A DNA stretch of 64,000 nucleotides from NCBI GenBank assembly GCA_031371445.1, contig JANMJQ010000140.1:18681-82680 (forward strand). Reading direction: 5' to 3'. Under the pieces are notes generated by a model that worked only from the letters and a program-made list of their open reading frames with translations, did not search any database and was not told the origin of the DNA. This document shows positions 20,008 to 30,233 of the stretch, piece by piece. The DNA comes from Akkermansiaceae bacterium. GTDB lineage: Bacteria > Verrucomicrobiota > Verrucomicrobiia > Verrucomicrobiales > Akkermansiaceae. How positions within the stretch are numbered: the first letter of the stretch is position 1; every line of letters starts with the position of its first letter. The position numbers and the translations under genes are program-made.

Positions 20008-21882
20008 ATGTCCCTCAAAGTCACCCATCCGGTCACGCGCGCCGCGTTCGGCGTCGCCGCCCTTGTTGCCATCGCCCTGTTGGCGAACTGGCTGGTATCG
20101 CTCACGCCCCTCGGCAACCGCGGCGCGGATTTCACCGAGAACAAGGTGCATTCCCTTTCCTCCGGAACTCGCTCGATCCTCAGCGAACTCGATACGCCGG
20201 TGGTGATCCGCTACTATGCTTCCCGTAACACCGATTACATGCCCGAGGAGCTCAAGCTCCACATGCGCCGCGTCGATGATCTGTTGAAGGAGTATACCTC
20301 GATCGCGAAGGGCAAACTGCGCGTTGAAAATCTCGATCCCGAGCCCGACACCGATGCCGAGGATTCCGCGAACCTGGACGGCATCAACGGCCAGCGGATG
20401 GACGACCAGAACCTCTACTTCGGTCTGGCGATTTCCTGCCTCGATCAAACGAGCGTGATTCCCTTCCTCGATCCACGCGAGGAGACGATGCTTGAATACA
20501 ATCTCTCGAAGGCGATTTCCGAAGTTGCAACACCAGTGAAGCCGAAGATCGGCATCATGTCCGCGCTCGATCTCAAGGGCGCGCCCGCGATGATGCCGGG
20601 GCAAAAGCCGACACCCGGCTGGATCATCTATCAGCAGCTCAAGCAGACATTCGACATTGTGGATATTTCGATGGAGGGCGTAACCATCGACCCCAAGGTC
20701 ATCAAGGTCCTGTTGTTGTTCCATCCCGCTGGAATCACTCCGGAAACCGAATATGCGGTGGACCAATACCTGCTGAACGGCGGAACGGTGGTCGCTTGTT
20801 TGGATGCCTATTCGCTGGCAGCGCAGATGACCAGCGGAGGAAACCCCATGATGGGCCAGCAGGGCAATCCAACGACATCCACCTTGCCTACCTTGCTAGG
20901 CGCATGGGGAGTGAATTTCGAATCCGGCCAAGTGCTCGCGGATCCATCGCTGGCCACCAAGTTCGGTGACCGGGTTGGCCTCGCCGTTCCCACTCTCGGC
21001 CAGGATTCCATGCCGCAAAAAGACAACGTCATCACCAAGGATCTCGGCTCGGTGACTTTCTATCTGCCCGGCGCTTTCACCATCACCGGCAATAGCGGAG
21101 TCACCGCGAACTCGCTGATCCGTTCGACCACAAAATCGGGATTCGTCGATGCGATGCGGGCCTCACAACTTGATCCGACCCTTCAACGGACCTTCAAGTC
21201 AAACGGCATTGCATACGACCTGGTCACCCATCTTTCGGGTAATTTCAAAACCGCCTTCCCCGACGGCAAGCCCAAGGCCTCAACCGAAGGCACCGAAAAC
21301 AAAGATGCACCGAAAGTGGAGTCCCTCAAAGTCGCGGCCGCTCCCGGCAACGTCTTCCTGATCGCTGACGTCGATGCGTTCTATGATCGCTTCGCCTATA
21401 ACGTGCAGGGCATGATGGCCTCTCCGCAAGGTGGCAATGCCTCGCTGTTGCTCAACCTGCTCGACCAGGCCAGCGGTTCGAAATACCTGATCGGCTCCCG
21501 CTCGCGTTCCGCAATCCGGCGCCCCTTCACCGTGGTGCAAAAATTGGAGGATGACTTCAACAAAACCGTCGGCGTGAAGGTTGCAGAGTTCGAGGCGAAG
21601 CAGAAAGCGGCGCAGGAAAAGCTAAACGATCTCCAGTCCAAAAAATCCCGCGGCTCCGAGTTGTATCTGTCGCCCGAGCAGGAAGACGAGATCAAGAAGC
21701 TGCGCGAAGAGCAGGTCGAATATGCCAAGAAAATCCGCGGGCAGGAAAAGGAGCTGCGCCGCCAGAAGGACCAGCTCACCGGCAAGATCACCCTCCTCAA
21801 CGTCGCCGCCATGCCGCTGCTGGTTGTCATCATCGGCCTCGGACTCTTCTTCAAACGCCGCTCGGCAACTAGAGCTAGATAA
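20008..21882 (+). CDS. GldG-like ABC auxiliary component
   Basis: DFTENKVHSLSSGT, LYFGLAI, LEYNL, VDQYLLNGG, C-terminal TM. Confidence 0.88.
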   Translation: MSLKVTHPVTRAAFGVAALVAIALLANWLVSLTPLGNRGADFTENKVHSLSSGTRSILSELDTPVVIRYYASRNTDYMPEELKLHMRRVDDLLKEYTSIAKGKLRVENLDPEPDTDAEDSANLDGINGQRMDDQNLYFGLAISCLDQTSVIPFLDPREETMLEYNLSKAISEVATPVKPKIGIMSALDLKGAPAMMPGQKPTPGWIIYQQLKQTFDIVDISMEGVTIDPKVIKVLLLFHPAGITPETEYAVDQYLLNGGTVVACLDAYSLAAQMTSGGNPMMGQQGNPTTSTLPTLLGAWGVNFESGQVLADPSLATKFGDRVGLAVPTLGQDSMPQKDNVITKDLGSVTFYLPGAFTITGNSGVTANSLIRSTTKSGFVDAMRASQLDPTLQRTFKSNGIAYDLVTHLSGNFKTAFPDGKPKASTEGTENKDAPKVESLKVAAAPGNVFLIADVDAFYDRFAYNVQGMMASPQGGNASLLLNLLDQASGSKYLIGSRSRSAIRRPFTVVQKLEDDFNKTVGVKVAEFEAKQKAAQEKLNDLQSKKSRGSELYLSPEQEDEIKKLREEQVEYAKKIRGQEKELRRQKDQLTGKITLLNVAAMPLLVVIIGLGLFFKRRSATRAR

Positions 21883-21885
21883 GAG

Positions 21886-21994
21886 GTTGAGTGTTGAGGG
21901 TTGAGTGTTGAGTGCGAAGAAAATGGCGCACAACACCAGCCAGCAACTCCTCAGCTCTTTCTTTCACTCAACACTCAACTCTCAACACTCAACT
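21886..21994. repeat. GTTGAGT / ACTCAAC heptamer hairpin
   Basis: gttgagt gttgagg gttgagt gttgagt ... actcaac actcaac tctcaac actcaac. Confidence 0.85.
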
Positions 21995-22001
21995 TCTTCC
22001 C

Positions 22002-23390
22002 ATGAACAAACGCCAGGTTACCATCCTTTGGATCATCGCCGCCGCACTTGCTATTGCGGTGGCTGCCGTGAAATTCAGCCGCAACGACACTGCGCGGGCC
22101 AGCACGGACCGCAAAAACGGCGAAACCTTGTTCGCGAAATTCCCCGGAGCGGAAACCGAGACCGTGGAAATCCAGGGCGCGGGCAGCAATGTCGTCCTTT
22201 CGAAAAAAGACGGCAAGTGGGTTGTCCCAAGCCGCGACGGCTATCCGGCCAACGCGACGTATGTGAATGAATTCCTGCGCACGCTCGCCGACCTGAAAGT
22301 CACCCGCGCGATGGAAGCCGGGCCTTCGTTTGCATCACGCTTTGGCATGGACGAATCATCGGCGATCCCCGAGCAACGTGGCATGACCGCCATCTTCAAG
22401 GACGCGTCGGGCAAGGAGCTGGCCAAAATTTCACTCGGCAAATCCATCGACTCGAATCCCGATGCCTCATCCATGGGTGGCGGTTCGGTTGGCCGCTATG
22501 TGCGCAACCATGCGGATGAATCCGGCTTTTATGCGGTGAAGGAAATGTTCCCCTCCGTGAGCGCGGATCCCAAGCGCTGGCTGGAAGATGGCTTCATCAG
22601 TCCGGAAAAAATCAAGAACATCACCGTCAGCCAAAGCGGCAAGCCCGACGTCGCGTGGAAGCTTACACGCGATGGCGAAGAAGCGGAGTTCAAGCTCGAT
22701 GGCGCGGCCGCCACTGAAGTCCTCGACGCCACCGCCACTTCGGCGCTGAAGAGCTTGTTCTCATATGCCCGCTTCGAGGATGTGGTCCCCGCCGACAAGA
22801 TCGCCGCGCGCATCATGCCGGAAACCAAGCGCACGGTGACCTTGGAAACCTTCGAGGGCTTCACTTACATCATCAACGTTTCAGCGGCGAAGCCCGCGGA
22901 AGCACCCGCGCCAACCGCCAAGGATGAAGAGCCGCCCGCAACCGACAATTATTTCCTCACCGTGGACGTGAACGCGGAGATCCCCAAGGAGCGCAAGAAA
23001 GAGGAAGGCGAAAAACCCGAGGATGCCAAAACCAAAGACACCGCGTTCATCGATCAACAAAAAGTTCTAACAGAAAAACTGGTGAAGGAAAAAGCCTTTG
23101 CGGGCAAAACCTTCGAAGTTCGCAAGAGCCTCGTGGAAGCCGTGCTCAAGGAGCGTGACGCGCTCATCACCAAGGCCACGCCTCCCGCTCCCGGCGAAGG
23201 AGCCGCGAACGGTTCGGTGCAACAATTGCCGGGTGGATTGATTACACGCCCACCGGTAAGGGCAACGACTCCGCCGATCGAAGCGACGACTCCACCCGTC
23301 GAAGCGGTGACGCCACCCATTTCCGTTCCTGCCGACGACGAAAAGGAAGAAAATCCCGCCGACTCCAGCGAGCCGAAAGAAAAGAAATAG
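22002..23390 (+). CDS. DUF4340 domain protein
   Basis: N-terminal TM, KDGKWVV...GYPAN, LGK...GRYVR; usual position after GldG. Confidence 0.8.
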   Translation: MNKRQVTILWIIAAALAIAVAAVKFSRNDTARASTDRKNGETLFAKFPGAETETVEIQGAGSNVVLSKKDGKWVVPSRDGYPANATYVNEFLRTLADLKVTRAMEAGPSFASRFGMDESSAIPEQRGMTAIFKDASGKELAKISLGKSIDSNPDASSMGGGSVGRYVRNHADESGFYAVKEMFPSVSADPKRWLEDGFISPEKIKNITVSQSGKPDVAWKLTRDGEEAEFKLDGAAATEVLDATATSALKSLFSYARFEDVVPADKIAARIMPETKRTVTLETFEGFTYIINVSAAKPAEAPAPTAKDEEPPATDNYFLTVDVNAEIPKERKKEEGEKPEDAKTKDTAFIDQQKVLTEKLVKEKAFAGKTFEVRKSLVEAVLKERDALITKATPPAPGEGAANGSVQQLPGGLITRPPVRATTPPIEATTPPVEAVTPPISVPADDEKEENPADSSEPKEKK

Positions 23391-23402
23391 CCCCTTACTC
23401 CC

Positions 23403-24281
23403 ATGCGTCTGAGCCCTCTGTTTTTCTGCGCCCAACTCGCTCTCGCCGGCGCATCCGAGGTTTTTCACGACGTCGATTACGTTGGCAAAGGCAATCCCAG
23501 CCAGACACTCGATCTCATCGCACCCGGCGCCAAGGCCACAACCAAGCTGCCTCTCGTTGTGTTCATCCACGGCGGTGCCTGGAGCGGGGGCAGCAAACGT
23601 GACGGAATTGGCATCGTCCAACACCTTGCCGGCACTGGCCAATATGCAGCGGCAACCATCAACTATCGTCTGAGCCAGGAAGCCATCTGGCCCGCGCAGA
23701 TTTTCGACTGCAAGGCGGCCATCCGTTTCCTTCGCGGCAAGGCCGGCGAGTATGGAATCGATCCCGACAAAATCGGTGTCTTCGGCATGTCCGCCGGTGG
23801 CCACCTGGTTGCCATGCTTGGCACTTGCCCGACGGAAAAGTCGATGGAAGGCGACCTCGGCGCGTTTCCCACGGTTAGCAGCCGCGTGCAATGCGTGGTC
23901 GATTTTTTCGGCCCCACGGATTTTCTAACAATCAGCAAGGATCCTCTTGTCGGAAATCCCGTCACCCGTCTGTTAGGCGGCATCAATCCGCAGCTCACTG
24001 GCAAAGCGAAGCTCGCCTCGCCTGTTACCTGGGTGACCAAGGACACCGCGCCGTTCTTCATCGCTCACGGCACCGCTGATCCGCTCGTGCCCTACAGCCA
24101 GTCCACTGAGATCGACGAGCTTCTCGACAAGGCCGGCGTGCCTTCCGATCTCATCGCCGTCCAAGGCGCCGGCCACGGTTTCAACAGCCCCACACTCAAC
24201 GCCCGCGTGCAGCAATTCCTCGACAAATATCTCCGCGGCCAGGATTCGGTGATTTCGTGCGAGCCAATTCCGGCAAAGTGA
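23403..24281 (+). CDS. Secreted alpha/beta hydrolase (esterase)
   Basis: HGGAW, GMSAGG, HGTADPLV, GAGHG catalytic motifs. Confidence 0.9.
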   Translation: MRLSPLFFCAQLALAGASEVFHDVDYVGKGNPSQTLDLIAPGAKATTKLPLVVFIHGGAWSGGSKRDGIGIVQHLAGTGQYAAATINYRLSQEAIWPAQIFDCKAAIRFLRGKAGEYGIDPDKIGVFGMSAGGHLVAMLGTCPTEKSMEGDLGAFPTVSSRVQCVVDFFGPTDFLTISKDPLVGNPVTRLLGGINPQLTGKAKLASPVTWVTKDTAPFFIAHGTADPLVPYSQSTEIDELLDKAGVPSDLIAVQGAGHGFNSPTLNARVQQFLDKYLRGQDSVISCEPIPAK

Positions 24282-24398
24282 GGATCGAGGATCGAGGATC
24301 GAGGATCGAGGATAGGAGATAGGAGATATTTAAGAGGCTCGGACAGCGGCTTCTCTGCTCTTCCTCTTCCTCTTCCTCTCAACACTCAACACTCAACT
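24281..24398. repeat. (AGGATCG)x4 and ACTCAAC arrays between convergent genes
   Basis: Direct reading of the intergenic region. Confidence 0.75.
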
Positions 24399-24930
24399 AT
24401 TTCTTCTCTTCCGTCTTCTCCGGAACGAAGATCAAGCCGCCGCCGTTGATGCAGTAGCGCTTGTCGGTTGGGGTGTTGAAGCCTTCGCCTTCGAAGACAT
24501 GGCCGAGGTGTCCGCCGCAGACGGCACAGGTCACTTCGGTGCGGACCATGCCACCAGAAATGTCTTTTTTGATCGCGACATTCTGGGCCTTGGCGGGGTC
24601 GTAAAAGGAGGGCCAGCCGCAACCTGAATCGAATTTTTGTTCGGAGGTAAACAACAGCGCCTTGCAGCCGGCACAATGATAGCTGCCTTTGCCCTGATGC
24701 TTGAACTCCTTGTAAACCGCGCCGTTCGCAGCCTCGGTGTCGGACTTGCGGAGAATCGCATATTGGTCCGGTGTCAGTTCCTTTTTCCACTCTTCATCGG
24801 TCTTGACGACCTTGCCAGTGGGTTCGGCGGGCTTCTCGGATTGGGTTTGCATGGGTGCTTGTTCTTTGGCCGTGCAGGCGGCGATCGCAAACGAAGAAAT
24901 CAAGGCGGTGACAAAAAGTGGCGTTTTCAT
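24397..24930 (-). CDS. msrB: Peptide-methionine (R)-S-oxide reductase MsrB, with lipoprotein signal
   Basis: [36 protein letters not shown]; N-terminal AIAAC lipobox. Confidence 0.95.
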   Translation of the reverse strand: MKTPLFVTALISSFAIAACTAKEQAPMQTQSEKPAEPTGKVVKTDEEWKKELTPDQYAILRKSDTEAANGAVYKEFKHQGKGSYHCAGCKALLFTSEQKFDSGCGWPSFYDPAKAQNVAIKKDISGGMVRTEVTCAVCGGHLGHVFEGEGFNTPTDKRYCINGGGLIFVPEKTEEKK

Positions 24931-24993
24931 GGTCGGTCTTGCTGCCAATGGGACACGTGAACCCTGACTCTTATTCCCGATTTTGAAAAATGC

Positions 24994-25746
24994 TCACGTA
25001 AATTGTTCTTCAAGCACGGCCTTCGCAAAATCCCGGTTCATGCGCGCGATGTGATCGACGCTGATTTCCTTCGGACAGGCCGCTTCGCACTCGTACTGGT
25101 TGGTGCAATTTCCAAAGCCTTCGGAATCCATCTGCCGCACCATCGCCAGCACGCGCTTCTGACGCTCCGGCTGGCCCTGGGGAAGATGGCCGAGATGCGA
25201 AACCTTGGCTGCCACGAACAACATCGCGGATCCGTTTTTGCAAGATGCCACGCAGGCACCGCAGCCAATGCAAGCCGCCGCGTCGAAGGCCGCGTCCGCA
25301 TCTTTTTTGGAAATCGGAATCGAGTTGGCATCGACGCTCGAACCTGTGCGCACATCGATGTAACCGCCAGCCGCGACGATGCGGTCGAAGGCCGTGCGAT
25401 CCACCATCAGGTCGCGGATGACGGGAAATGGATTTGCGCGGAACGGCTCGATCCAGATCGTGTCGCCGTCGGTAAATTTCCGCATGTGCACCTGGCAGGT
25501 TGTGATGCCGCGCTCCTTGCCGTGGGCAATGCCATTGATGGTGAGCGAGCAGGTTCCACAGATCCCTTCGCGGCAATCGTGGTCGAAATGAATCGGCTCC
25601 TCGCCCTTTTCGATGAGGCGCTCGTTGACGATATCGAGCATTTCCAAAAACGAAGCCTCCGCCGGAATGTCCGCGGCGGGATACGTTTCAATGCGCCCCT
25701 TGGCCTTGGGCCCCGACTGACGCCAAACTTTGAGTGTGAGATTCAT
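24994..25746 (-). CDS. sdhB: Succinate dehydrogenase/fumarate reductase iron-sulfur subunit
   Basis: [34 protein letters not shown]. Confidence 0.95.
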   Translation of the reverse strand: MNLTLKVWRQSGPKAKGRIETYPAADIPAEASFLEMLDIVNERLIEKGEEPIHFDHDCREGICGTCSLTINGIAHGKERGITTCQVHMRKFTDGDTIWIEPFRANPFPVIRDLMVDRTAFDRIVAAGGYIDVRTGSSVDANSIPISKKDADAAFDAAACIGCGACVASCKNGSAMLFVAAKVSHLGHLPQGQPERQKRVLAMVRQMDSEGFGNCTNQYECEAACPKEISVDHIARMNRDFAKAVLEEQFT

Positions 25747-25849
25747 AGGGAAGACCGCATCGCCACCGGCAGAATAAAGGCCAGCGGGCGGCGGGCTAGT
25801 AGAAAAATCGGCAGAGCATCAAATCGCCGCGGAACTGGGTTCGCAGACC

Positions 25850-26031
25850 TTGGACTGCGGTGGCAGAGCGAAGCCGCGACAGCGCTTTGGATGGGTGGGT
25901 TGTCGCTGGCTTCAAGGGTGGCGTGCACGGAATCGTCCGACGGTCACCCCACTTCGCTCAATGAGCTACGAGGGACAGGCAGACCGCTACATCCAAAGCG
26001 GTGTGCCGCTATCACTTCCCCCCGCAGTCCC
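25850..26031. repeat. REP-like long inverted repeat (TGGACTGCGG...GCTTTGGAT family)
   Basis: ttggactgcggtggcagagcgaagccgcgacagcgctttggatg versus catccaaagcggtgtgccgct...ccgcagtccca. Confidence 0.65.
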
Positions 26032-26234
26032 AGGTGGTGCTGACCCGCTCTGCCAATTCAATCCGCCCCAAAAAACGTCGGAGGTTTCCCCACCCTGGCG
26101 AGAACCTTTTCCAATGGACGTGCGCGTTGGAAAATGATTTTATGAATGTTCGAGATCAAAGTGGCCCGATCGGGTACATCTTGCGGGTTAAGGGTTTTTT
26201 CGCGCAGGAATGGACGATCGGGCCGCTTTGGTAA

Positions 26235-28043
26235 TCAGCCCTGTGGCTGCACGGCCTTTTCCGCCGCGAGTTTGGGGTCCTTGTAAGTCGATTGGACATA
26301 GACCTCGCGCAGGAGCTTGTGCTCGATCTGGCAGGGACTGTGGGCCATGAGGTCGGCACCTTTGTTGTTCTTCGGGAAGGCGATCACTTCTCGAATGCTG
26401 TCCTCGCCGGCGACCAACATGGCGATGCGGTCCAAGCCGAGTGCGAGTCCGCCGTGGGGAGGCGCGCCGAAGCGGAAGGCATCGAGCAAGTGTCCGAATT
26501 TGATTTGCTGTTCTTCCGGACCAACGCCGAGAACGCTGAACATTTGCGCCTGCAAATCCTTTTCATGGATCCGGATGGAACCACCGCCGAGTTCGTAGCC
26601 GTTGAGCACGACGTCATAGGCGACCGCGCGGACATTCGCATAGTCGCCGGCTTCCAGTTTTTCGATGTCGTCCGGATGGGGACGCGTGAAGGGATGGTGA
26701 ACCGCACCCCAGTGGCCGGTTTCCTCGTCGTGGGCGAGCAAGGGGAAATCCACGACCCAGAGGAAATTGAAGATCTTCGAATCCTTGGTCAGCTCCATCA
26801 TGACCGCGGCTTCAGTGCGGACGCGGCCAAGGATCGTGCTTACGCTTTCGCGCGAACCAGCGGCAAAGAAAACGATGTCGCCTTCCGCAAGGTCGAGCTT
26901 TGCGATGACCGCCGCCTTTTCGGTGTCGGAGAAAATCTTCCACAGCGGGCTCTTGTATTCGCCGTTCTCGAGTTTGATGAACGCGAGGTTCTTCACAGGC
27001 AGGCCCGCTTGCACCGCGATCTCGTTCAAGCGGTTCATCTGGCCGGTGGTGATGCCGGCGAAGCCCTTCGCATTGATCGCACGCACCACACCGCCGCCAT
27101 CGATCGTCGCGCGGAAAATCTTGAAGCCGGTCTCCGCGAAGACGTCGCCGAGATCGATGATCTTCATGTCATAACGCGTGTCCGGCTTGTCGGAGCCATA
27201 GATGTCCTCCGCGTCGCGATAGGTCATGCGCGGGAATGGCGTCGGCACGTCGATGCCGAGACCCGCTTTGAACATCGAGACCAGCAAGCCTTCGACGGTC
27301 TTGATGATATCTTCCTGCGTGACGAAGCTGGCTTCGATATCGATCTGCGTGAACTCCGGCTGGCGGTCGGCGCGGAGGTCTTCATCGCGGAAGCAGCGCG
27401 CAATTTGGAAATACTTTTCAAGACCCGCCACCATGAGCAGTTGCTTGTATTGCTGCGGTGCTTGCGGCAGCGCGTAGAATCGGCCGGGGTTGAGGCGCGA
27501 TGGCACCAGGAAATCGCGAGCGCCTTCCGGTGTGGGGTTCGACAAAATCGGCGTTTCGATTTCATAAAACCCAGACTCATCCAGATATCGGCGGGCCGCT
27601 GAAGTGATCACGCTGCGCTGGCGGATGTTCCTGCTCATGCGCGCGCGGCGAAGATCGAGATAGCGGTATTTCATCCGCATGTCTTCGTTCGACAACTCCT
27701 TGTCGAGCTGGAACGGCAACACGTCCGCCTTGTTGACGATGTTGAGCGCGGTGGCGACAATCTCGATGCCACCGGTCGCGATCTTGTCGTTGGCGGTACC
27801 TTCGAGACGCGCGGACACGCGGCCGATCACCTGCACTACATCTTCCTCGCGCAAGGTGTGCGAAAGCTTCGAGACTTCCGGGTTTTCCTCGGGATGGAAC
27901 ACCACTTGGGTCAATCCCTCGCGGTCGCGCAAGTCGATGAAGATCACCCCGCCGTGATCGCGCGCGGAATTAACCCAACCAATCAGCGTGACGGTTTGGC
28001 CGATGTGGGACTCGCGGAGTTCGTTGCAGAGGTGTGTGCGCAT
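26235..28043 (-). CDS. aspS: Aspartate--tRNA ligase
   Basis: MRTHLC, RDHGGVIFIDLRD, TPEGARDFLVP, FRDEDLRADRQPEFTQID, PPHGGLALGLDR. Confidence 0.98.
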   Translation of the reverse strand: MRTHLCNELRESHIGQTVTLIGWVNSARDHGGVIFIDLRDREGLTQVVFHPEENPEVSKLSHTLREEDVVQVIGRVSARLEGTANDKIATGGIEIVATALNIVNKADVLPFQLDKELSNEDMRMKYRYLDLRRARMSRNIRQRSVITSAARRYLDESGFYEIETPILSNPTPEGARDFLVPSRLNPGRFYALPQAPQQYKQLLMVAGLEKYFQIARCFRDEDLRADRQPEFTQIDIEASFVTQEDIIKTVEGLLVSMFKAGLGIDVPTPFPRMTYRDAEDIYGSDKPDTRYDMKIIDLGDVFAETGFKIFRATIDGGGVVRAINAKGFAGITTGQMNRLNEIAVQAGLPVKNLAFIKLENGEYKSPLWKIFSDTEKAAVIAKLDLAEGDIVFFAAGSRESVSTILGRVRTEAAVMMELTKDSKIFNFLWVVDFPLLAHDEETGHWGAVHHPFTRPHPDDIEKLEAGDYANVRAVAYDVVLNGYELGGGSIRIHEKDLQAQMFSVLGVGPEEQQIKFGHLLDAFRFGAPPHGGLALGLDRIAMLVAGEDSIREVIAFPKNNKGADLMAHSPCQIEHKLLREVYVQSTYKDPKLAAEKAVQPQG

Positions 28044-28066
28044 GGTGGGAAGATGAGAAGAGTTTC

Positions 28067-28539
28067 AACCACAGATGGACGGGATGAACGCAGATGGAAG
28101 AGATGGGATTAAGAGTGGAGAGGAGGCGCTTCGGGCGGAGTCAGGGTGACGCGGCGAAACTGGAGCTTCGCGTGTTTGAAATTGAGAATGAGGCCGACCT
28201 GTAGACCGGTCGCCCGCAGGTAATTCAACATGCGCCCAACTTCGTGATCCGTGATGCGATCGATGGTTTTTGCATCTACGATGACTTTTCCGAAAACAAC
28301 CAAATCAGGAATATATTCACCAACCTTCGCCTCACGATAGTGGATGGGATAACGAGCCTGTTGGGCGTATGGAATCCCGTGGTATTGGAAATCCACAACC
28401 AAAGCTTCCTCATACGCTTTCTCATGAAAGCCGTGTCCCAAAGAATTGAGAACAGCAAAGGCACAACCGATAATCCTCTCGGTTTCCATCACATGAATCC
28501 CATCTTTTCCATCTGCGTCCATCCTGTTAATCTGTGGTT
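28067..28539. mobile_element. GxxExxY gene bounded by 44-bp inverted repeats
   Basis: IR-L 28067-28110 and IR-R 28496-28539 match at 39/44; inserted between hisS and aspS. Confidence 0.6.
28109..28489 (-). CDS. GxxExxY protein (PD-(D/E)XK nuclease-like)
   Basis: IIGCAFAVLNSLGHGFHEKAYEEAL, PDLVV...VDAK, LNYLRATGLQVGLILNF. Confidence 0.93.
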   Translation of the reverse strand: METERIIGCAFAVLNSLGHGFHEKAYEEALVVDFQYHGIPYAQQARYPIHYREAKVGEYIPDLVVFGKVIVDAKTIDRITDHEVGRMLNYLRATGLQVGLILNFKHAKLQFRRVTLTPPEAPPLHS

Positions 28540-28547
28540 TGATTTAT

Positions 28548-29843
28548 TCAGGCAAGCAAAGGACCATCCGGCTGCAACAAGCGATCAGTAAGCCATTCGA
28601 CGGCGGTGGTGGCGTTGCCGGTTTCTTCGGCACGGCTGGCTAGGATTTTAAGTTTGAGGGTGGGGAATTCGGCGCCGACGATGAGGGCGAAGCGCGCGCC
28701 GGATTTTTCCGCGCTTTGGAATTGTTTGGCGACCTTCGCATCGGTCAGCGACAGATCCGCTGAAATGCCCGCGCGGCGAAGGTCGGTGACGAGCTTGAGG
28801 GCTTGCCCGCGTTTCGTTTCATCCGCGACAACGACATAGATATCGCAAGCCGCGGCGTTGCGCTGGAGCCATACCTCCATTTGCATGGCGGTGTGGGTGG
28901 TTTCCTCGATCAAATTGCGGATGACATAATCGCCCATCGCGAAGCCGGTCGCGGGCATATCCACCGCGCCATCCGACATCGTTGCGACCAAAGTGTCATA
29001 ACGACCGCCGCCCGCCACCGCGCGCATGGATTTTTTCGAATCGAAAACTTCGAACACCACACCGGTATAGTAAGCGAGACCGCGGACGATGGATAGATCC
29101 AGTTCCACGAAAGCGGCAAGACCGCGAGCTGTTAGATCGGCGCGGATCGCGAGATACGCCGGCGATGCATTCGCGGGATCGGCGACGAAGGAGGTCACTT
29201 GTGCGGTCGTGAGCGAAAACGCCGCGAGCTTTTGCGCGGTGACTTCAGGCTTCTCGCGCGCAAGCTTGTCGATGATGCCAAGAAAATCCGGCACGCACGA
29301 TTCATCCACGCCATTCGCCGCAGCGAACGAGAGCCATGCCGCGCGATCGGAAACCCGCACGATGAAATCACCGGCGACGAAGCCGAAGGCCAGCATCGTT
29401 TCAATGGCGAGCGCGATCAATTCCGCGTCAGCCGCCGGTCCCGCTTCGCCGAGGATATCGACGTTGAACTGATGGAACTCGCGGCCCCTGCCCTTCTGCG
29501 GTTTTTCGAAGCGGAAGCATTGCCCGATCTCAAACCACTTGAGCGGCTTCGGGAAATCGCGCTGATGCTGTGCCACGATGCGTGCCAATGACGCGGTGAC
29601 TTCAGGCCGCAATGTGACGTCGCGGCCACCCTGGTCCTCGAAGCGGAACAACTGCCCGGACAACTCGCCGCCGGACTTTTTCAAATAGAGACCCGTGTCC
29701 TCAAGAATCGGTGTCTCATATTCCACATAGCCGCAACTGCGGGCCGTTTTGCGCCACACCTCGAACAAATAATTCCGCACCGCGCACTCCTTTGGAATGA
29801 AGTCGCGGAATCCTGGAAGTGATTGGAACAAGGGGCCGGCCAT
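28548..29843 (-). CDS. hisS: Histidine--tRNA ligase
   Basis: PGFRDF, LRPEVT, FRFEKPQKGRGREFHQ, VRGLAYYTG, GGGRYD. Confidence 0.97.
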   Translation of the reverse strand: MAGPLFQSLPGFRDFIPKECAVRNYLFEVWRKTARSCGYVEYETPILEDTGLYLKKSGGELSGQLFRFEDQGGRDVTLRPEVTASLARIVAQHQRDFPKPLKWFEIGQCFRFEKPQKGRGREFHQFNVDILGEAGPAADAELIALAIETMLAFGFVAGDFIVRVSDRAAWLSFAAANGVDESCVPDFLGIIDKLAREKPEVTAQKLAAFSLTTAQVTSFVADPANASPAYLAIRADLTARGLAAFVELDLSIVRGLAYYTGVVFEVFDSKKSMRAVAGGGRYDTLVATMSDGAVDMPATGFAMGDYVIRNLIEETTHTAMQMEVWLQRNAAACDIYVVVADETKRGQALKLVTDLRRAGISADLSLTDAKVAKQFQSAEKSGARFALIVGAEFPTLKLKILASRAEETGNATTAVEWLTDRLLQPDGPLLA

Positions 29844-30156
29844 GGGCGGGCGGCGAGGATGCACGGCAACGAAGGCATTTCAAGACGGATTCAACGACCC
29901 CTTGTCTGGCGATTTCCAACGTTTTGCCGGCAATAATAGATTGCGGCCAACAAGCGCCCTTGAAGGAACCCGCGAGCCGCGTACAAAAGTGAGCCGGGCG
30001 ATGATTCCAAGTCTTGTCGGATTCTCGTTTGGAATACTCGACTTGCTATCTGGCTTGGTTCGTCCGGCTCTTGAAAAACGCTCGCGCACAATCCGGATAT
30101 TTCAACCGATTTTTGGAAAAATTTTGGAGATTTTCGGGCTGTGGAAAGTGGGAGAT

Positions 30157-30233
30157 GTAGGGGCGATCATGGGTCGCCGCGGGTTGGATGAATGGGGAGG
30201 AATCGAAACGGGGCGACCGGTGATCGCCCCTAC
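30157..30233. repeat. GTAG-family REP doublet (REPIN-like)
   Basis: GTAGGGGCGATCATGGGTCGCC and inverted GGGCGACCGGTGATCGCCCCTAC; the second supplies the stop codon of the DCC gene. Confidence 0.8.

Noticed and set aside
26292-27602. Long antisense ORFs (for example 436 aa opposite aspS, 381 aa at 57859, 339 aa at 60548)
   Set aside because: Shadow frames of high-GC genes with no recognisable motifs.
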